Source: Bdellovibrionales bacterium
GTDB taxonomy: Bacteria; Bdellovibrionota; Bdellovibrionia; Bdellovibrionales; UBA1609
Reading direction: 5' to 3'
Assembly: GCA_965199825.1 (NCBI GenBank)
Contig: OZ241329.1
Coordinates: forward strand, 896,001-960,000
Length of the DNA: 64,000 nucleotides
Under the pieces are notes generated by a model that worked only from the letters and a program-made list of their open reading frames with translations, searched no databases and was not told the origin of the DNA. Position numbers and translations under genes: made by a program. Shown one piece after another: positions 19,151-30,237 of the stretch (its first letter is position 1; each line of letters starts with the position of its first letter).

Positions 19151-19829
19151 TCGGCGGCAAAATCGAATACATCTGGCGGACTTCGGTAAGCGCAGCCGTA
19201 CAGCTTGAACCCATATCAAAGGGCACATCCAAATACTTCGCGATGTCGACCAAGAGCCGAGCCAAGGTCTGCTCTTCAGAGTGAATGACTCGCACTTCAG
19301 GACTGCGAGTGGCAAATCTCCAAAATATTTGACGCATTTTGGATCCCATCACCGCGCTGCTTGTTAAATTTAAATTTTTTGCGGTGAGGTTTATATTGCT
19401 GGTTGTTGATAAAAGATGGGCATCCACAACACGATCCCAAAGACGTTTGGAATGCCAAAACAAACTGACTAATAAAATGGGATAAAACTTTTTAAGTTTC
19501 AACTTTTGATCAGGAGTGATCTGTTGATCTAAACCACTAAACAGTTTTTGTTCAACCGGTATTTCGATCTCATTCGCGATACGAATGGAATAAATTCTTA
19601 ATGCACTCTGATTAAAGATATCATGAAGAAGTGGAACTGCATCTTGGGGGATAAAATTTTGTGAGGCATCAATGTCATTGAGGTGTTGGCCTAGCCGCAT
19701 CACTGCATTTTCGAATGGCTTTACCAGACTCTGGCGGGGTGTATTTTCGGTCTGTAAGATTAAGTGTTTCATCCTCGAAGTCTCTTCGGCTCCGACTACA
19801 AAACAAAAAAATCCCAACAAATAAATCAT
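19140..19829 (-). CDS. Hypothetical protein, possibly exported
   Basis: 229-aa ORF with ATGA overlap to tatC stop; short hydrophobic N-terminus. Confidence 0.65.
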   Translation of the reverse strand: MIYLLGFFCFVVGAEETSRMKHLILQTENTPRQSLVKPFENAVMRLGQHLNDIDASQNFIPQDAVPLLHDIFNQSALRIYSIRIANEIEIPVEQKLFSGLDQQITPDQKLKLKKFYPILLVSLFWHSKRLWDRVVDAHLLSTTSNINLTAKNLNLTSSAVMGSKMRQIFWRFATRSPEVRVIHSEEQTLARLLVDIAKYLDVPFDMGSSCTAALTEVRQMYSILPPTTD

Positions 19830-20563
19830 GTCACCTCGGATATTGTTTGTTTCTTACCCAAATACTTAACCACCCAAATGGAAATCTCGTAAAGAAAAAC
19901 TAAGGGAACAAGCATCATCAACATGCTGATCGCATCCGGGGGCGTTATAATTGCTGAAAGGACCGCCAAACCCACGATCGCATAGCGGCGATAGCGAATC
20001 AGCAATCGATGATCAATGATGCCCATGACGCCAAGTAAACACAAAATCAGCGGCATCTCAAAAGCGAGCCCAAATACCAAGGTGGTGGTGGTGAAAAAAG
20101 AAAGATAAGCCTCAATGGTGATCATCGGCTTGTCTGCGCTGGAGCCAAAGCTCATCAAAAATTTAAAAGCCATCGGAAAAACCAAAAAGTAGGCAAAGCT
20201 AATCCCGATCAAAAAGAGCACGCTACCAAACCCAATAAAGGCCAACGCATATCGACGTTCATGCTTAAACAATCCCGGTGCGATAAATTTCCAAATTTGA
20301 AAAATCCATATCGGGCAAGACAGTATCACCCCAGATAAAAACGAAACTTTGACGTAGGCCAAAAATTTATCCATGGGTGCGGTAAAAACCAAACCTCCCA
20401 CTGGCAAATATTTTTCGATGGGCTGGCGAATCACATCAAAAACTTTTTCGCAAAAAAACCAAGCGACTCCAAAGCCGGCAAACACCGCATAGGCCGAATA
20501 AATCAGTCGTGTTCTCAGTTCGGTTAAATGATCGATTAAGGATTGGGCTGCGGCTTCGGTCAT
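19826..20563 (-). CDS. tatC: Twin-arginine translocase subunit TatC
   Basis: HLTELRTRL, FIAPGL, FEMP, AIITPPD, LYE. Confidence 0.97.
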   Translation of the reverse strand: MTEAAAQSLIDHLTELRTRLIYSAYAVFAGFGVAWFFCEKVFDVIRQPIEKYLPVGGLVFTAPMDKFLAYVKVSFLSGVILSCPIWIFQIWKFIAPGLFKHERRYALAFIGFGSVLFLIGISFAYFLVFPMAFKFLMSFGSSADKPMITIEAYLSFFTTTTLVFGLAFEMPLILCLLGVMGIIDHRLLIRYRRYAIVGLAVLSAIITPPDAISMLMMLVPLVFLYEISIWVVKYLGKKQTISEVT

Positions 20564-20823
20564 GTGGCAGGATCCACCGGTTTTTTATCTTCTGTTTTTT
20601 TGGTTTCAAGCAAACTCTTGGCAATTGAATCGCGAGTTTCTTTTAAAACATTTTTTGTTTGATCGTGAAGATCCATAACGGATCCGAGATCACCCGTCGC
20701 TCTTTTGAGCTCGTTGATAAAGCGCGCGATTCCACGCGCAACTTCGGGCAATTGTTTTGGTCCAATAAAAATAAGTGCGATTGCACCAAGCAGCAGGAGT
20801 TCAGAAAATCCGATATCAAACAT
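20560..20823 (-). CDS. tatB: Twin-arginine translocase TatA/B-family subunit
   Basis: MFDIGFSELLL...GPKQLP; directly upstream of tatC. Confidence 0.88.
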   Translation of the reverse strand: MFDIGFSELLLLGAIALIFIGPKQLPEVARGIARFINELKRATGDLGSVMDLHDQTKNVLKETRDSIAKSLLETKKTEDKKPVDPAT

Positions 20824-20856
20824 GATAAAGGAAATAGCTGAGATTAAAGCTAAACT

Positions 20857-21432
20857 CTACTGCTTTTGTTGCTTGGTGGTGGTTTGGCCAACTTGAAGCA
20901 GACCTTTTTTGATCAGCTGTTCCTCGGCCAAACGCGAACCTGTTACCATATAGCGATCATAGAGCCGCAAAAGGTCGGCATCGGTCTGGATCAGAGACTG
21001 CTGGGAAATGTAGGTGAGCACATCGACAAAATCCATAAAGCGTTCTGAAAATTCTTGATACACCGGCGAATTGGCTTCATTCAGTCGGGCAAGATTTCCA
21101 TAAGCAGTGCCGCCCATCCCCACATAGTAATCAATATCGACCACTTTGCGGTTGAGCGAATCGCCAAAAAAACCGCTGATATAAAGACTCAAATCACCTA
21201 ATTTTTTTAACAGATCCATTCGGGCTTGGGTCTGTTCGGTGTTCACAGCCTGGAGGTAAAGTTCGGCTAGCATCGGGCGCTCGAAATTTTTGCTAAAAGC
21301 ATAATGCTCTAACAGCTTCACCAAGTAGGTGGCGGTCAAAGGCGAGGATTTAACCCGACGCTCTTCAAACGCATGAGCCACTTGCTCGCTAAAGAAATCG
21401 CCTATCGTCATCTGAAAGTCCGGCTTAGCCAT
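20857..21432 (-). CDS. Conserved-looking hypothetical protein
   Basis: 191-aa ORF with LGD.SL..SGFF..S...VDIDYY..MG..AY pattern; extended -10 TGATACAAT 6 nt upstream of ATG. Confidence 0.75.
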   Translation of the reverse strand: MAKPDFQMTIGDFFSEQVAHAFEERRVKSSPLTATYLVKLLEHYAFSKNFERPMLAELYLQAVNTEQTQARMDLLKKLGDLSLYISGFFGDSLNRKVVDIDYYVGMGGTAYGNLARLNEANSPVYQEFSERFMDFVDVLTYISQQSLIQTDADLLRLYDRYMVTGSRLAEEQLIKKGLLQVGQTTTKQQKQ

Positions 21433-21503
21433 ACTTCAATTGTATCAATTCGAATGACATCCTTCGACAAAATTTCTTACTCATCGACTCAAATTGAGTC
21501 GAT

Positions 21504-24086
21504 TTAAAATTCAAAGTCGGGCCCAACCACACTTATTATTTCAGGCTGCATAAAAATATTTTGTGCCGCCTTCAAGACCTCTGCCGAGGTCACACTTTCG
21601 ATGCGTTCGGCAAAATGCAGCGACTCATCATATGGCAACCCATAGATCTCATCAAACAAGACGCTTGAACATAAGGCGGAGTTTTTTTGATTGTCGATGT
21701 GCTGTCGTCCAATTAAAAATTGTTTAGCTCGGCTCAGTTCTAAATCTGTCAGTTGGGTCGAGGCTATTTTTTGAAATTCCTCGCGCAACATTTTGAGGGC
21801 CTTATTGGTTTTTTCTGGCGAGCAGCCAATGTACGCCCCGAAGTATCCGCAATCAGTTCCTTCCATTCTTAATGGTGAGACCGAATAAGCTAAAGAGGCT
21901 TTATCGCGCAATTCCAAAAACAAACGTCCTCCTTGGCCAGCAAGTACGGCTTGAACAATCTGAAGCGCATAGCGCTGCGGATCTGTCAGAGACAATCCTG
22001 AATGTCCAATGACGATGTGAGATTGCTCTTTTTCACTTTTTTCGAATCGAACTTTGGGGACCGTCACATTGTTAAATTTGGAGTTGTCTTGAAAACGCTC
22101 TCCACTCGGCAGTTGAGAGTAGATCTGAGATAAACGCTCAAGATGTTTTGTTTGATCAAAAAATCCACTGATCGATAGCACACAATTTTTTTGGTTTAGC
22201 TGCAGCTTTAAAAAATCTTTTAAATCTTGTGCATGATATTTTTCGGGCGTGCCCAAAGGATCAATGCTGTAAGGATGATCCTTAAAAAGCATTTTCATAA
22301 AATTGAGAATCGCCTTTTGCGAGGCATTGTCTTCACGCGTTCTCAAGGCCTCGGTCATCGATTGTTTTTCTCTTTCGATCACTTCGGGATCAAGTGCCGG
22401 TTCAAGCAACACCTCTTCTAAAAGATCAAGCATCGGATCGGCAAATGAGGGCATTGTGGTCAAGCTCAGTCCCACTGTATTGCGGCCCCCGAAGGCATTC
22501 AGGCTTGAAGCCATCCCTTCAACTTTGGAATAGAGTTTTTGTTCTGGTGTCTTCGTTGTGCCAGACACCCAAACTCGCGAGAGCAATTCGGTGAGACCCG
22601 CATTGTTAAAACCTTCAGCCCGAATTCCACCACGAAATCCACAACGCAAACTGATCACGGGCGCATCGTAGTTGGCGCGCGAAAGAATGGTAATTCCTCC
22701 TGGAAGCACCTTCCGATTGAGACCTGTTGAATCTAAAGCTGCGTTTGAAAATTTCGAAAGTTTTGGCATCTTTTGGGGTAAAGCCTTTGAACTTTTGATG
22801 GCCTTCCACTGTCGCTGATAATTTTTTAGCCATTCTTTTATAAGAGGTTCGTCAATTGCGGTTTGACTCATCAAAACCAAGCTCAATTTTTTTGGATCAA
22901 GATATTTTTTTATGATCTTGGTTAAGTCGCTCGAGGTCACTTGACCAACCGCTTTTAAAAATTGTTTTTGATAATTAGGATCATCAAAAAGCAAATTGTA
23001 AGTTCCCACTTTTCTGGCAAGTCCGTCCACTGTTTCAAGCGAATAAGCTTCTTCAGAAGCGATATTCACATGAGCTTTACCCAATTCTGTTTTGGTAGCT
23101 GGATTTTGGAGCATTCCAAAAATCTGCTCGGCGATACCATCGAGCACACTTTTTAAATTCTCAATTTTGATGGAGGCCGATACCGCAAAAAATCCTTGAT
23201 CTTGCGGAGTAAAGGTTGAGCAACCGACGTAATCCACCAGTGCATTCTCGAGTCGCAAGCGCTGATTTAAACGCGAGCTATCGCCTTGCCCCAAAATCAT
23301 CGAAAGCACATCAAGTGCTGGGATATCCTTGTGACGCACACCTGGTACGGGCCACGCGAGATAAAGAAGATTTTCTTGAAAAGTGGTTTGCTCTAAACCC
23401 AAGCGGGTGGATTTTTGGACGATCTCTTTTTTGCGAACAACTTTTTTGAGCGGATGAGAGACGAAGGGATCATAGTATTTTTGAATTTGATTTTTGAGAT
23501 CATCAAATTCAAAATCCCCCGCCACAACAAGGGTCATATTTTTGGGAACATAGCGCGACTGGTAGTAGTTGAGGATTTGCTTTTTTGAAACCTCACGAAT
23601 GATTTTTTCGTATCCAATCACCGGCTTGCCGTAAGGATGTTTTTTATAAACGGTTTCAAAAAGTTTTCGGCTCGCTTGACGATGAAGATTGTCATTGCCC
23701 CGTTTGATTTCTTCGATCACCACTTCGCGCTCATTGTCGATTTCGGTTTCATCAAATTTTGGAAACCCCATCATCTGCGACACTACATTGAGCCCCGTAG
23801 ACAAATAGTTTTTTGAAATGGTCACATAGAATACGGTTTGATCGAATGTGGTGTAGGCGTTGAGCTCTCCGCCCGAGCCTTCTACTGTCGAGGCAATCTG
23901 GCCTAAACCAAACTCGTCGGTGCCTTTAAAAACCAAATGTTCGATAAAATGGCTGATGCCCTGGACCTTTGGATCCTCATCGGCCGAGCCTGTTTTGACC
24001 CACATTTGCACTGAGACCACTGGGCTCTTATTACTTTGAACCGCAATGACCTTTAATCCGTTTTTCAATTGAAATTTCTTAAGCAT
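21504..24086 (-). CDS. M16 (pitrilysin/insulinase) family zinc protease, two-module
   Basis: HFIEH (HxxEH), NAYT, second degenerate M16 module with RLFLELRDK..LAY. Confidence 0.93.
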   Translation of the reverse strand: MLKKFQLKNGLKVIAVQSNKSPVVSVQMWVKTGSADEDPKVQGISHFIEHLVFKGTDEFGLGQIASTVEGSGGELNAYTTFDQTVFYVTISKNYLSTGLNVVSQMMGFPKFDETEIDNEREVVIEEIKRGNDNLHRQASRKLFETVYKKHPYGKPVIGYEKIIREVSKKQILNYYQSRYVPKNMTLVVAGDFEFDDLKNQIQKYYDPFVSHPLKKVVRKKEIVQKSTRLGLEQTTFQENLLYLAWPVPGVRHKDIPALDVLSMILGQGDSSRLNQRLRLENALVDYVGCSTFTPQDQGFFAVSASIKIENLKSVLDGIAEQIFGMLQNPATKTELGKAHVNIASEEAYSLETVDGLARKVGTYNLLFDDPNYQKQFLKAVGQVTSSDLTKIIKKYLDPKKLSLVLMSQTAIDEPLIKEWLKNYQRQWKAIKSSKALPQKMPKLSKFSNAALDSTGLNRKVLPGGITILSRANYDAPVISLRCGFRGGIRAEGFNNAGLTELLSRVWVSGTTKTPEQKLYSKVEGMASSLNAFGGRNTVGLSLTTMPSFADPMLDLLEEVLLEPALDPEVIEREKQSMTEALRTREDNASQKAILNFMKMLFKDHPYSIDPLGTPEKYHAQDLKDFLKLQLNQKNCVLSISGFFDQTKHLERLSQIYSQLPSGERFQDNSKFNNVTVPKVRFEKSEKEQSHIVIGHSGLSLTDPQRYALQIVQAVLAGQGGRLFLELRDKASLAYSVSPLRMEGTDCGYFGAYIGCSPEKTNKALKMLREEFQKIASTQLTDLELSRAKQFLIGRQHIDNQKNSALCSSVLFDEIYGLPYDESLHFAERIESVTSAEVLKAAQNIFMQPEIISVVGPDFEF

Positions 24087-24102
24087 ACTTTATGACCCTC
24101 TT

Positions 24103-25290
24103 ATGGCTCTTTCGATCTATGTTCATATTCCCTATTGTCTGCAACGTTGTCGCTACTGTGATTTTACCACTTTTGAATTTTCGCAGATTCTTCCCCCAGA
24201 ACAATATCTGACTCTTTTAAAAAAAGAGATCTCGAGCCGCCATACCGAAGTTCCAACTCAAACGGTTTCCACAATTTATTTTGGTGGCGGCACACCTTCG
24301 CTCGTTCCCTCTGAACATATCGTATCGGTGTTACAAGAATTATCCAATGTTGGATTTCAATTTGATGCTTCAACCGAAATTACCATCGAGATCAATCCCG
24401 CAACAATCGATGAAAAAAAACTCGACCACTATTTGGCCCACGGGGTAAATCGGTTTAGCGTAGGTGCCCAAACATTTAATGATGATCTTTTAAAAATGTG
24501 CGGCCGCAAACATTCAAGCGCTGACACTATTCACACGCTTCAATTATTAAAAAAACGACAAGTGAATTATTCTTTTGATCTTTTGTTTGCTTTACCCGGC
24601 CAAAGCTCGGCCCAGGTAGAGCAAGATGTGATCAAAGCCCTCGAATTCGATCCTCCTCATTTGAGTGCCTACTGCCTCACTGTTCCCGAGGGCCATCCCA
24701 TGGCAAAAGGTCGAGCTCTTGAAGACGAACAAATCAGAATGTTTGAGATCATCGAGAGCCGACTTTATGATGCAGGGATTTATAAATATGAAATTTCTAA
24801 TTTTGCAAAACCAAAGCTCGAGAGTCGACACAACCAATCCTATTGGTCCGATGCCGACTACTGGGGCATTGGATTGAGCAGTCACTCTTATTTTAATTCA
24901 CAACCCTATGGATTGCGTTTTTGGAACCCCAATGATTTTAAAACTTATCAGCAACAAATCGCAAATCCACTTTCACAATTGCCGCCGCAACAAAAAGAGC
25001 ACCTCCTCATGCACGAAGCGGCCACCGATTTTTGCCATATGTTTTTGCGCACCCGAAAAGGTTTATCGATTGAGCGTTTAAGAAAAAAATTTCCCATCAC
25101 GGACCTGATCGAGACTCGACTTGATCAGCTTCAAAAAAACGGGCTCCTCAACCGAACGATTGAGGGTTATACCCTATCCTCACGCGGTGAGCTTTTAAGT
25201 AACTGTGTGTTTGCCGAATTGACATTTTTGGCCCAAGATTTTGCGGCGGTTGACAGTTTTAAATTTGAATCCATATTGGAGAATCTATGA
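24103..25290 (+). CDS. hemW: Radical SAM heme chaperone HemW
   Basis: YVHIPYC..RC.YCDF, GGGTPS, YEISNF, HNQSYW. Confidence 0.92.
   Translation: MALSIYVHIPYCLQRCRYCDFTTFEFSQILPPEQYLTLLKKEISSRHTEVPTQTVSTIYFGGGTPSLVPSEHIVSVLQELSNVGFQFDASTEITIEINPATIDEKKLDHYLAHGVNRFSVGAQTFNDDLLKMCGRKHSSADTIHTLQLLKKRQVNYSFDLLFALPGQSSAQVEQDVIKALEFDPPHLSAYCLTVPEGHPMAKGRALEDEQIRMFEIIESRLYDAGIYKYEISNFAKPKLESRHNQSYWSDADYWGIGLSSHSYFNSQPYGLRFWNPNDFKTYQQQIANPLSQLPPQQKEHLLMHEAATDFCHMFLRTRKGLSIERLRKKFPITDLIETRLDQLQKNGLLNRTIEGYTLSSRGELLSNCVFAELTFLAQDFAAVDSFKFESILENL
25250..25277 (+). promoter_or_regulatory. Putative internal promoter for grpE-dnaJ inside the hemW 3' end
   Basis: TTGACA (25250-25255) then CCATAT (25271-25276), sigma32/sigma70-like; GGAG RBS follows. 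Confidence 0.45.
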
Positions 25291-25811
25291 GTAAAAAAAA
25301 TGAATCCCACGAGGATGTTGAAATCGAAAGTATTGGTGACGAAAAACCCTCAGCCACCGAAGAGCTCGAAAAACAGCTTGAGGCTGCAAAAAAAGATCAT
25401 CTCTATTTAGCAGCTGAGTTTGATAATTTTAAGCGGCAATCCTTAAAAGAACGCTCGGAACTTTTGCGCTACGGCGGCGAACGCTTGGCTCGAGATCTTA
25501 TGGGAGTGATTGATAATTTCGAAAGAGCTTTATCGGTTGAGCCGACTCCTGAGAATGCGGCGTCTTTTCGTCAAGGAATTGAGATGACTGCAAATGAACT
25601 CAAAAACTGTTTGCAAAAATTTGGCATTGTTGAGGTCGAAAGTTTGGGTAAACCCTTTGATCCTTCGTTACACGAAGCCATTGGATCCGAAGAGACCACA
25701 GAGGTGGAGGCCGGCCATGTGGCCCATGTTTTTAAAAAAGGATTTAAAATGCATGATCGACTTATTCGCCCAGGACAAGTGATTGTGGCAAAAGCTCCAA
25801 AGGAGCAATAA
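25287..25811 (+). CDS. grpE: Nucleotide exchange factor GrpE
   Basis: AEFDNFKR, IDNFERAL, FDPSLHEA, KGF...RLIRP. Confidence 0.96.
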   Translation: MSKKNESHEDVEIESIGDEKPSATEELEKQLEAAKKDHLYLAAEFDNFKRQSLKERSELLRYGGERLARDLMGVIDNFERALSVEPTPENAASFRQGIEMTANELKNCLQKFGIVEVESLGKPFDPSLHEAIGSEETTEVEAGHVAHVFKKGFKMHDRLIRPGQVIVAKAPKEQ

Positions 25812-26774
25812 TTGGCTAAACAGGATTACTACGGCACCTTAGGGGTCGAACGCGGAGCTTCTGAAGCGGAGCTCAAAAAAGCTTACCGCAAACTTGCAAT
25901 GCGTTATCACCCCGATAAAAATCCAGGTAACAAATCCGCCGAAGAAAAATTTAAAGAGATTAGCGAAGCCTACGAAGTTCTTAAAGATCCTAAGCGCCGC
26001 CAAATGTATGATCAATTTGGTCACACCGCAAATGCGGGTGGCCCTCAGGGTGGCAATCCTTTTGAGGGTTTTGATTACGGCAGCGCCGGGTTTGGTGGAT
26101 ATCAACAACAATCCGGAAATGCCCAAGATATTTTTAGCGAATTTTTTGGCGATGTGTTTCGTCAAGGACCGCGCTCACGCGATTTTCGAAATCAAAAAGG
26201 GGCAGACCTTCGCTACACTCTCACGATCTCACTCGAAGAGGCCGCCACGGGTGCGGAGAAAACAATCAGTTTTTTACGCAAACGCAATGGGCGCGAAGAC
26301 CAATCAAAACTTGCGATCACGGTTCCCGCGGGGGTTCGTGATGGTCAGCGTTTAAAATTAAAAAACGAAGGCGATGCCAGCTCTGGAGGCCAGGGCGATT
26401 TGTATGTGATCATTCACTTCCAAGAACATATTTTATTTAAGCGCAAAGAAAACGAAGTCTACATGGACTTGCCGGTGATTTTTACCGAAGCGATTTTGGG
26501 GGCCACTCTTGAGATCCCCACCCTCACAGGTGTTGCGCAGTTGCGCATTCCTCCAGGCACACATCCGAACCAAGTCTTTCGACTTAAAGGTAAGGGATTT
26601 CCTGACATGAGTGGCTATGGACACGGCGATATGTTGATCAAAATTATTGTCGACATTCCATCGAACCTCACAGAGGATGAAAAAAGAATATTTCAATCGC
26701 TCAGTTCACTAAAATCTCCGTTGGTTTCGGAATTTAAAGATAAAGCGAATCGCATCATCAAAGGTCGAAAATGA
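25812..26774 (+). CDS. dnaJ: DnaJ-class chaperone lacking zinc finger (class B / CbpA-like)
   Basis: J domain HPD, G/F-rich linker, DnaJ C-terminal domain; no CxxCxGxG repeats. Confidence 0.85.
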   Translation: MAKQDYYGTLGVERGASEAELKKAYRKLAMRYHPDKNPGNKSAEEKFKEISEAYEVLKDPKRRQMYDQFGHTANAGGPQGGNPFEGFDYGSAGFGGYQQQSGNAQDIFSEFFGDVFRQGPRSRDFRNQKGADLRYTLTISLEEAATGAEKTISFLRKRNGREDQSKLAITVPAGVRDGQRLKLKNEGDASSGGQGDLYVIIHFQEHILFKRKENEVYMDLPVIFTEAILGATLEIPTLTGVAQLRIPPGTHPNQVFRLKGKGFPDMSGYGHGDMLIKIIVDIPSNLTEDEKRIFQSLSSLKSPLVSEFKDKANRIIKGRK

Positions 26775-28708
26775 AAAAGCTTGGGTTGTTGATTTTTTTT
26801 GTGTTTCTTGGTTGTACAACGCCACAAAAAAAATCTCAGCCCGCAAAAGCCAGCCCCGACGCTCAACGCGAATTTCAGCGCATACAAATTGAACTCGCCT
26901 CGGGCTCGACCCGCAAAGCAATTCCTCGTCTTAACAAATTTATCAATCAGCACCCCGGAACAGATATCGCAGACGATGCCACTCTACTCTTAGCCAACGC
27001 CCAGTTTAACAATCGCAATTACGATGCAGCGTATTCGAGCTACATGTCTTTAGTGAACTCGAAAAATCTCAACGCCAACGAGGGTGAAGCCCTATTAGGT
27101 GCGGCTCGCTGTTTGACCAAAACCGGTCGTCCAGATGAGGCAATTAGCCTGACAGAAAAAAGCATTCGAATTCCAAATCTAAATTCCAAAACTTTGATCG
27201 AAAATTACCGACTGCGATTTCAGTTGTTTTCCGAAATGAATGATCGAGTGGATGCGCTCAAAGCCGCAGTCGTTTTGGCTGAACGCGAAACCGATTTATC
27301 TGTGAGAGACTCTTACCGCCTTCGCGCAATTGATCTCATCGAATCCCGATTAAATGAAAAAGAAGTCACCTCGATTGCAAACAGTGATTTTGGTTGGTTA
27401 AGAGCCTATGCCTATTTTCGTTTAGGTATGATCGCGGTAGATGAGCGCGATCACGCAAAAGCTCGGAGCGCCTTTGCACGAGTGATTGAGCTCCAGCCCA
27501 CCGGTGAGCTCAACGAACGTGCTCGTCAACGCATGGATCAGCTGGATGCCCGTCGCAAGGTCGAATCCTTTACCATCGGCGCCATTCTTCCGCTCTCGGG
27601 CAAATACGCCAATGTGGGTGCCCGCACATTAAAAGGTCTGCAACTTGGTCTTGGAATTTATGGCTCAGAGCGCTCGGAATTTAAACTCGCTCTGCAAGAC
27701 GAAGAAGGCACAGCAGACTCCTCCCGCCGCGCGGTTGAGCGGCTTGTCACCGAAGATCATGTGATGGCAATTGTCGGAAGTCTATTGAGTCGCACCGCTG
27801 TCAATGTGGCAAGCAAATCCGAAGAGTTGGGAGTGCCATCCATTGGTCTCTCGCAAAAAGCGGGACTGACCGAAATCGGTCCAACCGTTTTTCGTAATGC
27901 GGTGACAAGCCAAATGCAAATTCGTGCACTTGTGCGTGTGGCAATGGAAAATTTAGGTATTAAAAAGTTTGCGGTTCTTTATCCCAATGATGCCTATGGG
28001 GTTGAGTATACAAATTTACTTTGGGACGAAGTCTTATCGCGAGGTGGGCAAATTACCGCAGCCCAAATTTATGAGCCCAACGAAACCGATTTTTCTTCGC
28101 ACGTGGAGCGCTTAGCAAACAAATATTATTTTGAAGACCGCGAAGATGAGTACAAATATATTTTGCGAGACTGGGCAAAAAAACAAAAATCCCTTACCTC
28201 ACGCAAATCTATTCCTGAAGATCTGCTTCCCCCTATCGTAGAATTTCAGGCTTTATTTATTCCCGACGGCATTAAAGCGGTGGGACAGATTGCACCAATG
28301 CTCGCTTTCAAAGATGTTCGCGATGTCAAATTAATGGGAACCAATTTGTGGAACACCGATGCCCTCATTACCCGCGGCGAACGTCATGTGGAGAAGTCGA
28401 TTTTTATCGATAGCTTATTTGCTCAAGATAATGAGTTTCGTAATTCTAAATTTTTTCGTGATTTTCAAAAAGTATTTAACGAAGAGCCCGGTTTGTTTGA
28501 ACTCCTGGGTTACGACACTGGCTTAATTCTAAAACAGTTGATTCTTTCTGGGGAACGTTCGCGAGGGGCTTTGGCCGAAAAACTTGCCAACCTTAAAAAT
28601 TTTCCTGGCGGCGTGAGTTCACTCTCTATGAATGACCGCCGAGAGATCCAGCGCCCTCTTGTTGCGCTCACCGTCCAATCGGGCAAAATTGTCCAACTGA
28701 CTCGCTAA
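26771..28708 (+). CDS. LpoA/LppC-like penicillin-binding protein activator lipoprotein (TPR plus periplasmic binding fold)
   Basis: Lipobox FLGC; TPR-like helices; [18 protein letters not shown]. Confidence 0.8.
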   Translation: MKKLGLLIFFVFLGCTTPQKKSQPAKASPDAQREFQRIQIELASGSTRKAIPRLNKFINQHPGTDIADDATLLLANAQFNNRNYDAAYSSYMSLVNSKNLNANEGEALLGAARCLTKTGRPDEAISLTEKSIRIPNLNSKTLIENYRLRFQLFSEMNDRVDALKAAVVLAERETDLSVRDSYRLRAIDLIESRLNEKEVTSIANSDFGWLRAYAYFRLGMIAVDERDHAKARSAFARVIELQPTGELNERARQRMDQLDARRKVESFTIGAILPLSGKYANVGARTLKGLQLGLGIYGSERSEFKLALQDEEGTADSSRRAVERLVTEDHVMAIVGSLLSRTAVNVASKSEELGVPSIGLSQKAGLTEIGPTVFRNAVTSQMQIRALVRVAMENLGIKKFAVLYPNDAYGVEYTNLLWDEVLSRGGQITAAQIYEPNETDFSSHVERLANKYYFEDREDEYKYILRDWAKKQKSLTSRKSIPEDLLPPIVEFQALFIPDGIKAVGQIAPMLAFKDVRDVKLMGTNLWNTDALITRGERHVEKSIFIDSLFAQDNEFRNSKFFRDFQKVFNEEPGLFELLGYDTGLILKQLILSGERSRGALAEKLANLKNFPGGVSSLSMNDRREIQRPLVALTVQSGKIVQLTR

Positions 28709-28746
28709 TTTGGTTGTTGGAATGGATCCTGCTACAAACCAAAGTT

Positions 28747-29145
28747 ATGAAATATCTAGTTTGTCTTAGTTTTATTTTTGTCGCCCACACAAGCTGGGCT
28801 CAATCCTCTCAGCTAAAAAGAGCGAAAGTGATTTGGGTCGACGGCAAGCCCCACTTTGATGTGGAATTTGAGGATGGTGAAGTTTTAACCTATCAAGCCC
28901 CTAGTAAATGGAGTCAGTGGGACATGAACCCCATCGCCCATTTTTTATCCTACTCCGTGGGTTGGACGGTGGCCTCAGGTCTTACCAAATTTTTTAAGGC
29001 TCCCGTGCTCTATCAATTTATTCGAACCGGCGGTGGGGCCTTGGTGATTTATATTGGATTTATTGATGCGATTCGTGTGGGGCGCTCCATTTATCAAAAA
29101 TTCGCAAAGCCCGCACCTCATGAACCCCTCCCTCAAGGGCAATAG
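28747..29145 (+). CDS. Exported small hydrophobic-hairpin protein, array family A copy 1
   Basis: Signal peptide (SWA-Q); beta-rich N-domain; NPIAHF and VIYIGFID align with other family A copies. Confidence 0.75.
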   Translation: MKYLVCLSFIFVAHTSWAQSSQLKRAKVIWVDGKPHFDVEFEDGEVLTYQAPSKWSQWDMNPIAHFLSYSVGWTVASGLTKFFKAPVLYQFIRTGGGALVIYIGFIDAIRVGRSIYQKFAKPAPHEPLPQGQ

Positions 29146-29232
29146 CTCGAAAACAGTTCAAAGTAGACTTTTCTTTTACAATTTAAAATCGCTGTTATTT
29201 TGTTTTTAATTAATTTCTGCTAAAAGAAATTT

Positions 29233-29742
29233 ATGAAAATTTTAATCTGTCTTTTTTTGATGATCCCAGCAGTTTCATTTAGCCAAAGCTTAAATGAAGA
29301 AGGCCTTGCTCGGATCACTTATGTTCCTGGCGAAGATCACTACGAAGTTGCGATGAACGAAGTAGATCGCTATCAGGTGGCACTCCCAACATCAGATAAG
29401 GTATCTTCCCTCGCCGATGAGGTCTCAATTTTTTTAACCAAACCAATTGTTGCGCCCTTATTTCGCTTTTTTAAATACTACGCGGTCGTTAAAGGCGGCC
29501 GTTTCGTTGCTGGAAAAGTTGGGCTTTCAGCCACGCGAAGCGTAATTGGGTATGTTGGTTGGCCAACAGTAATTTACGTTGGTATCGCCTCAGCTTTTCA
29601 GTTGGTCGGTGACAGCTTTAATTTAACGGGCCGTGGACTCGGCGCTCTTTATGACTACACTGTCTCGCGACCCACTTTTCATAAAAAGTCTCAGCATCCT
29701 CACTCTCAAGATCAAGCTCCTGCTGAAATTGAAGTTTACTAA
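29233..29742 (+). CDS. Array family A copy 2
   Basis: Signal peptide (SFS-Q); VSIFLTKPIVAP; VIYVGI. Confidence 0.78.
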   Translation: MKILICLFLMIPAVSFSQSLNEEGLARITYVPGEDHYEVAMNEVDRYQVALPTSDKVSSLADEVSIFLTKPIVAPLFRFFKYYAVVKGGRFVAGKVGLSATRSVIGYVGWPTVIYVGIASAFQLVGDSFNLTGRGLGALYDYTVSRPTFHKKSQHPHSQDQAPAEIEVY

Positions 29743-29775
29743 TTCTAATTAGTTAAACAAATTGGTTAATAAATT

Positions 29776-30237
29776 ATGAAAAATTTGATTTGGATATTTT
29801 TGTTGTTTGGCGCAGTCAGTTTTGCCCAGGCCACTCAGCCTGTTACTGTCAAAGTGACCTACACATTTGGTGATGACCAAATGCAAGTGGCTATGGATGA
29901 CGCCCAAAGTTTTAATGTTGAAATTCCTAAAGAACATCATCGAAAAATTTCGATATTTAAACAACCTATGATTGGCCCAATTGTTCACTTTACCGTTTTT
30001 TATTTAGCAAAAGTTTTAAGTTCCTATCTTGTTCTTCAGTTTGCTTCGGTAAATCCTTATCTGTATCCAATCGTTGCGACCGCAGGCGACATCCTGGTTT
30101 TTTATGCCTTTTTGACTGACGGAACAACTTTGCTGCTGGATTCAATTGATGCAATCAAACCAAAGCTCGACAAACTTCAGCCTCAATCAAAATGGGCCCC
30201 TCGCAGTAATCCCAAATCTTTTCATAGCGTATTGTAA
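29776..30237 (+). CDS. Array family A copy 3
   Basis: Signal peptide (SFA-Q); ISIFKQPMIGPIVHFT, NPYLYPIV; TAATG overlap with next gene. Confidence 0.8.
   Translation: MKNLIWIFLLFGAVSFAQATQPVTVKVTYTFGDDQMQVAMDDAQSFNVEIPKEHHRKISIFKQPMIGPIVHFTVFYLAKVLSSYLVLQFASVNPYLYPIVATAGDILVFYAFLTDGTTLLLDSIDAIKPKLDKLQPQSKWAPRSNPKSFHSVL

Noticed and set aside
21483..21503. Hairpin ATCGACTCA-AAT-TGAGTCGAT after the M16 gene as an intrinsic terminator
   Set aside because: No U-tract on the minus strand; function unclear
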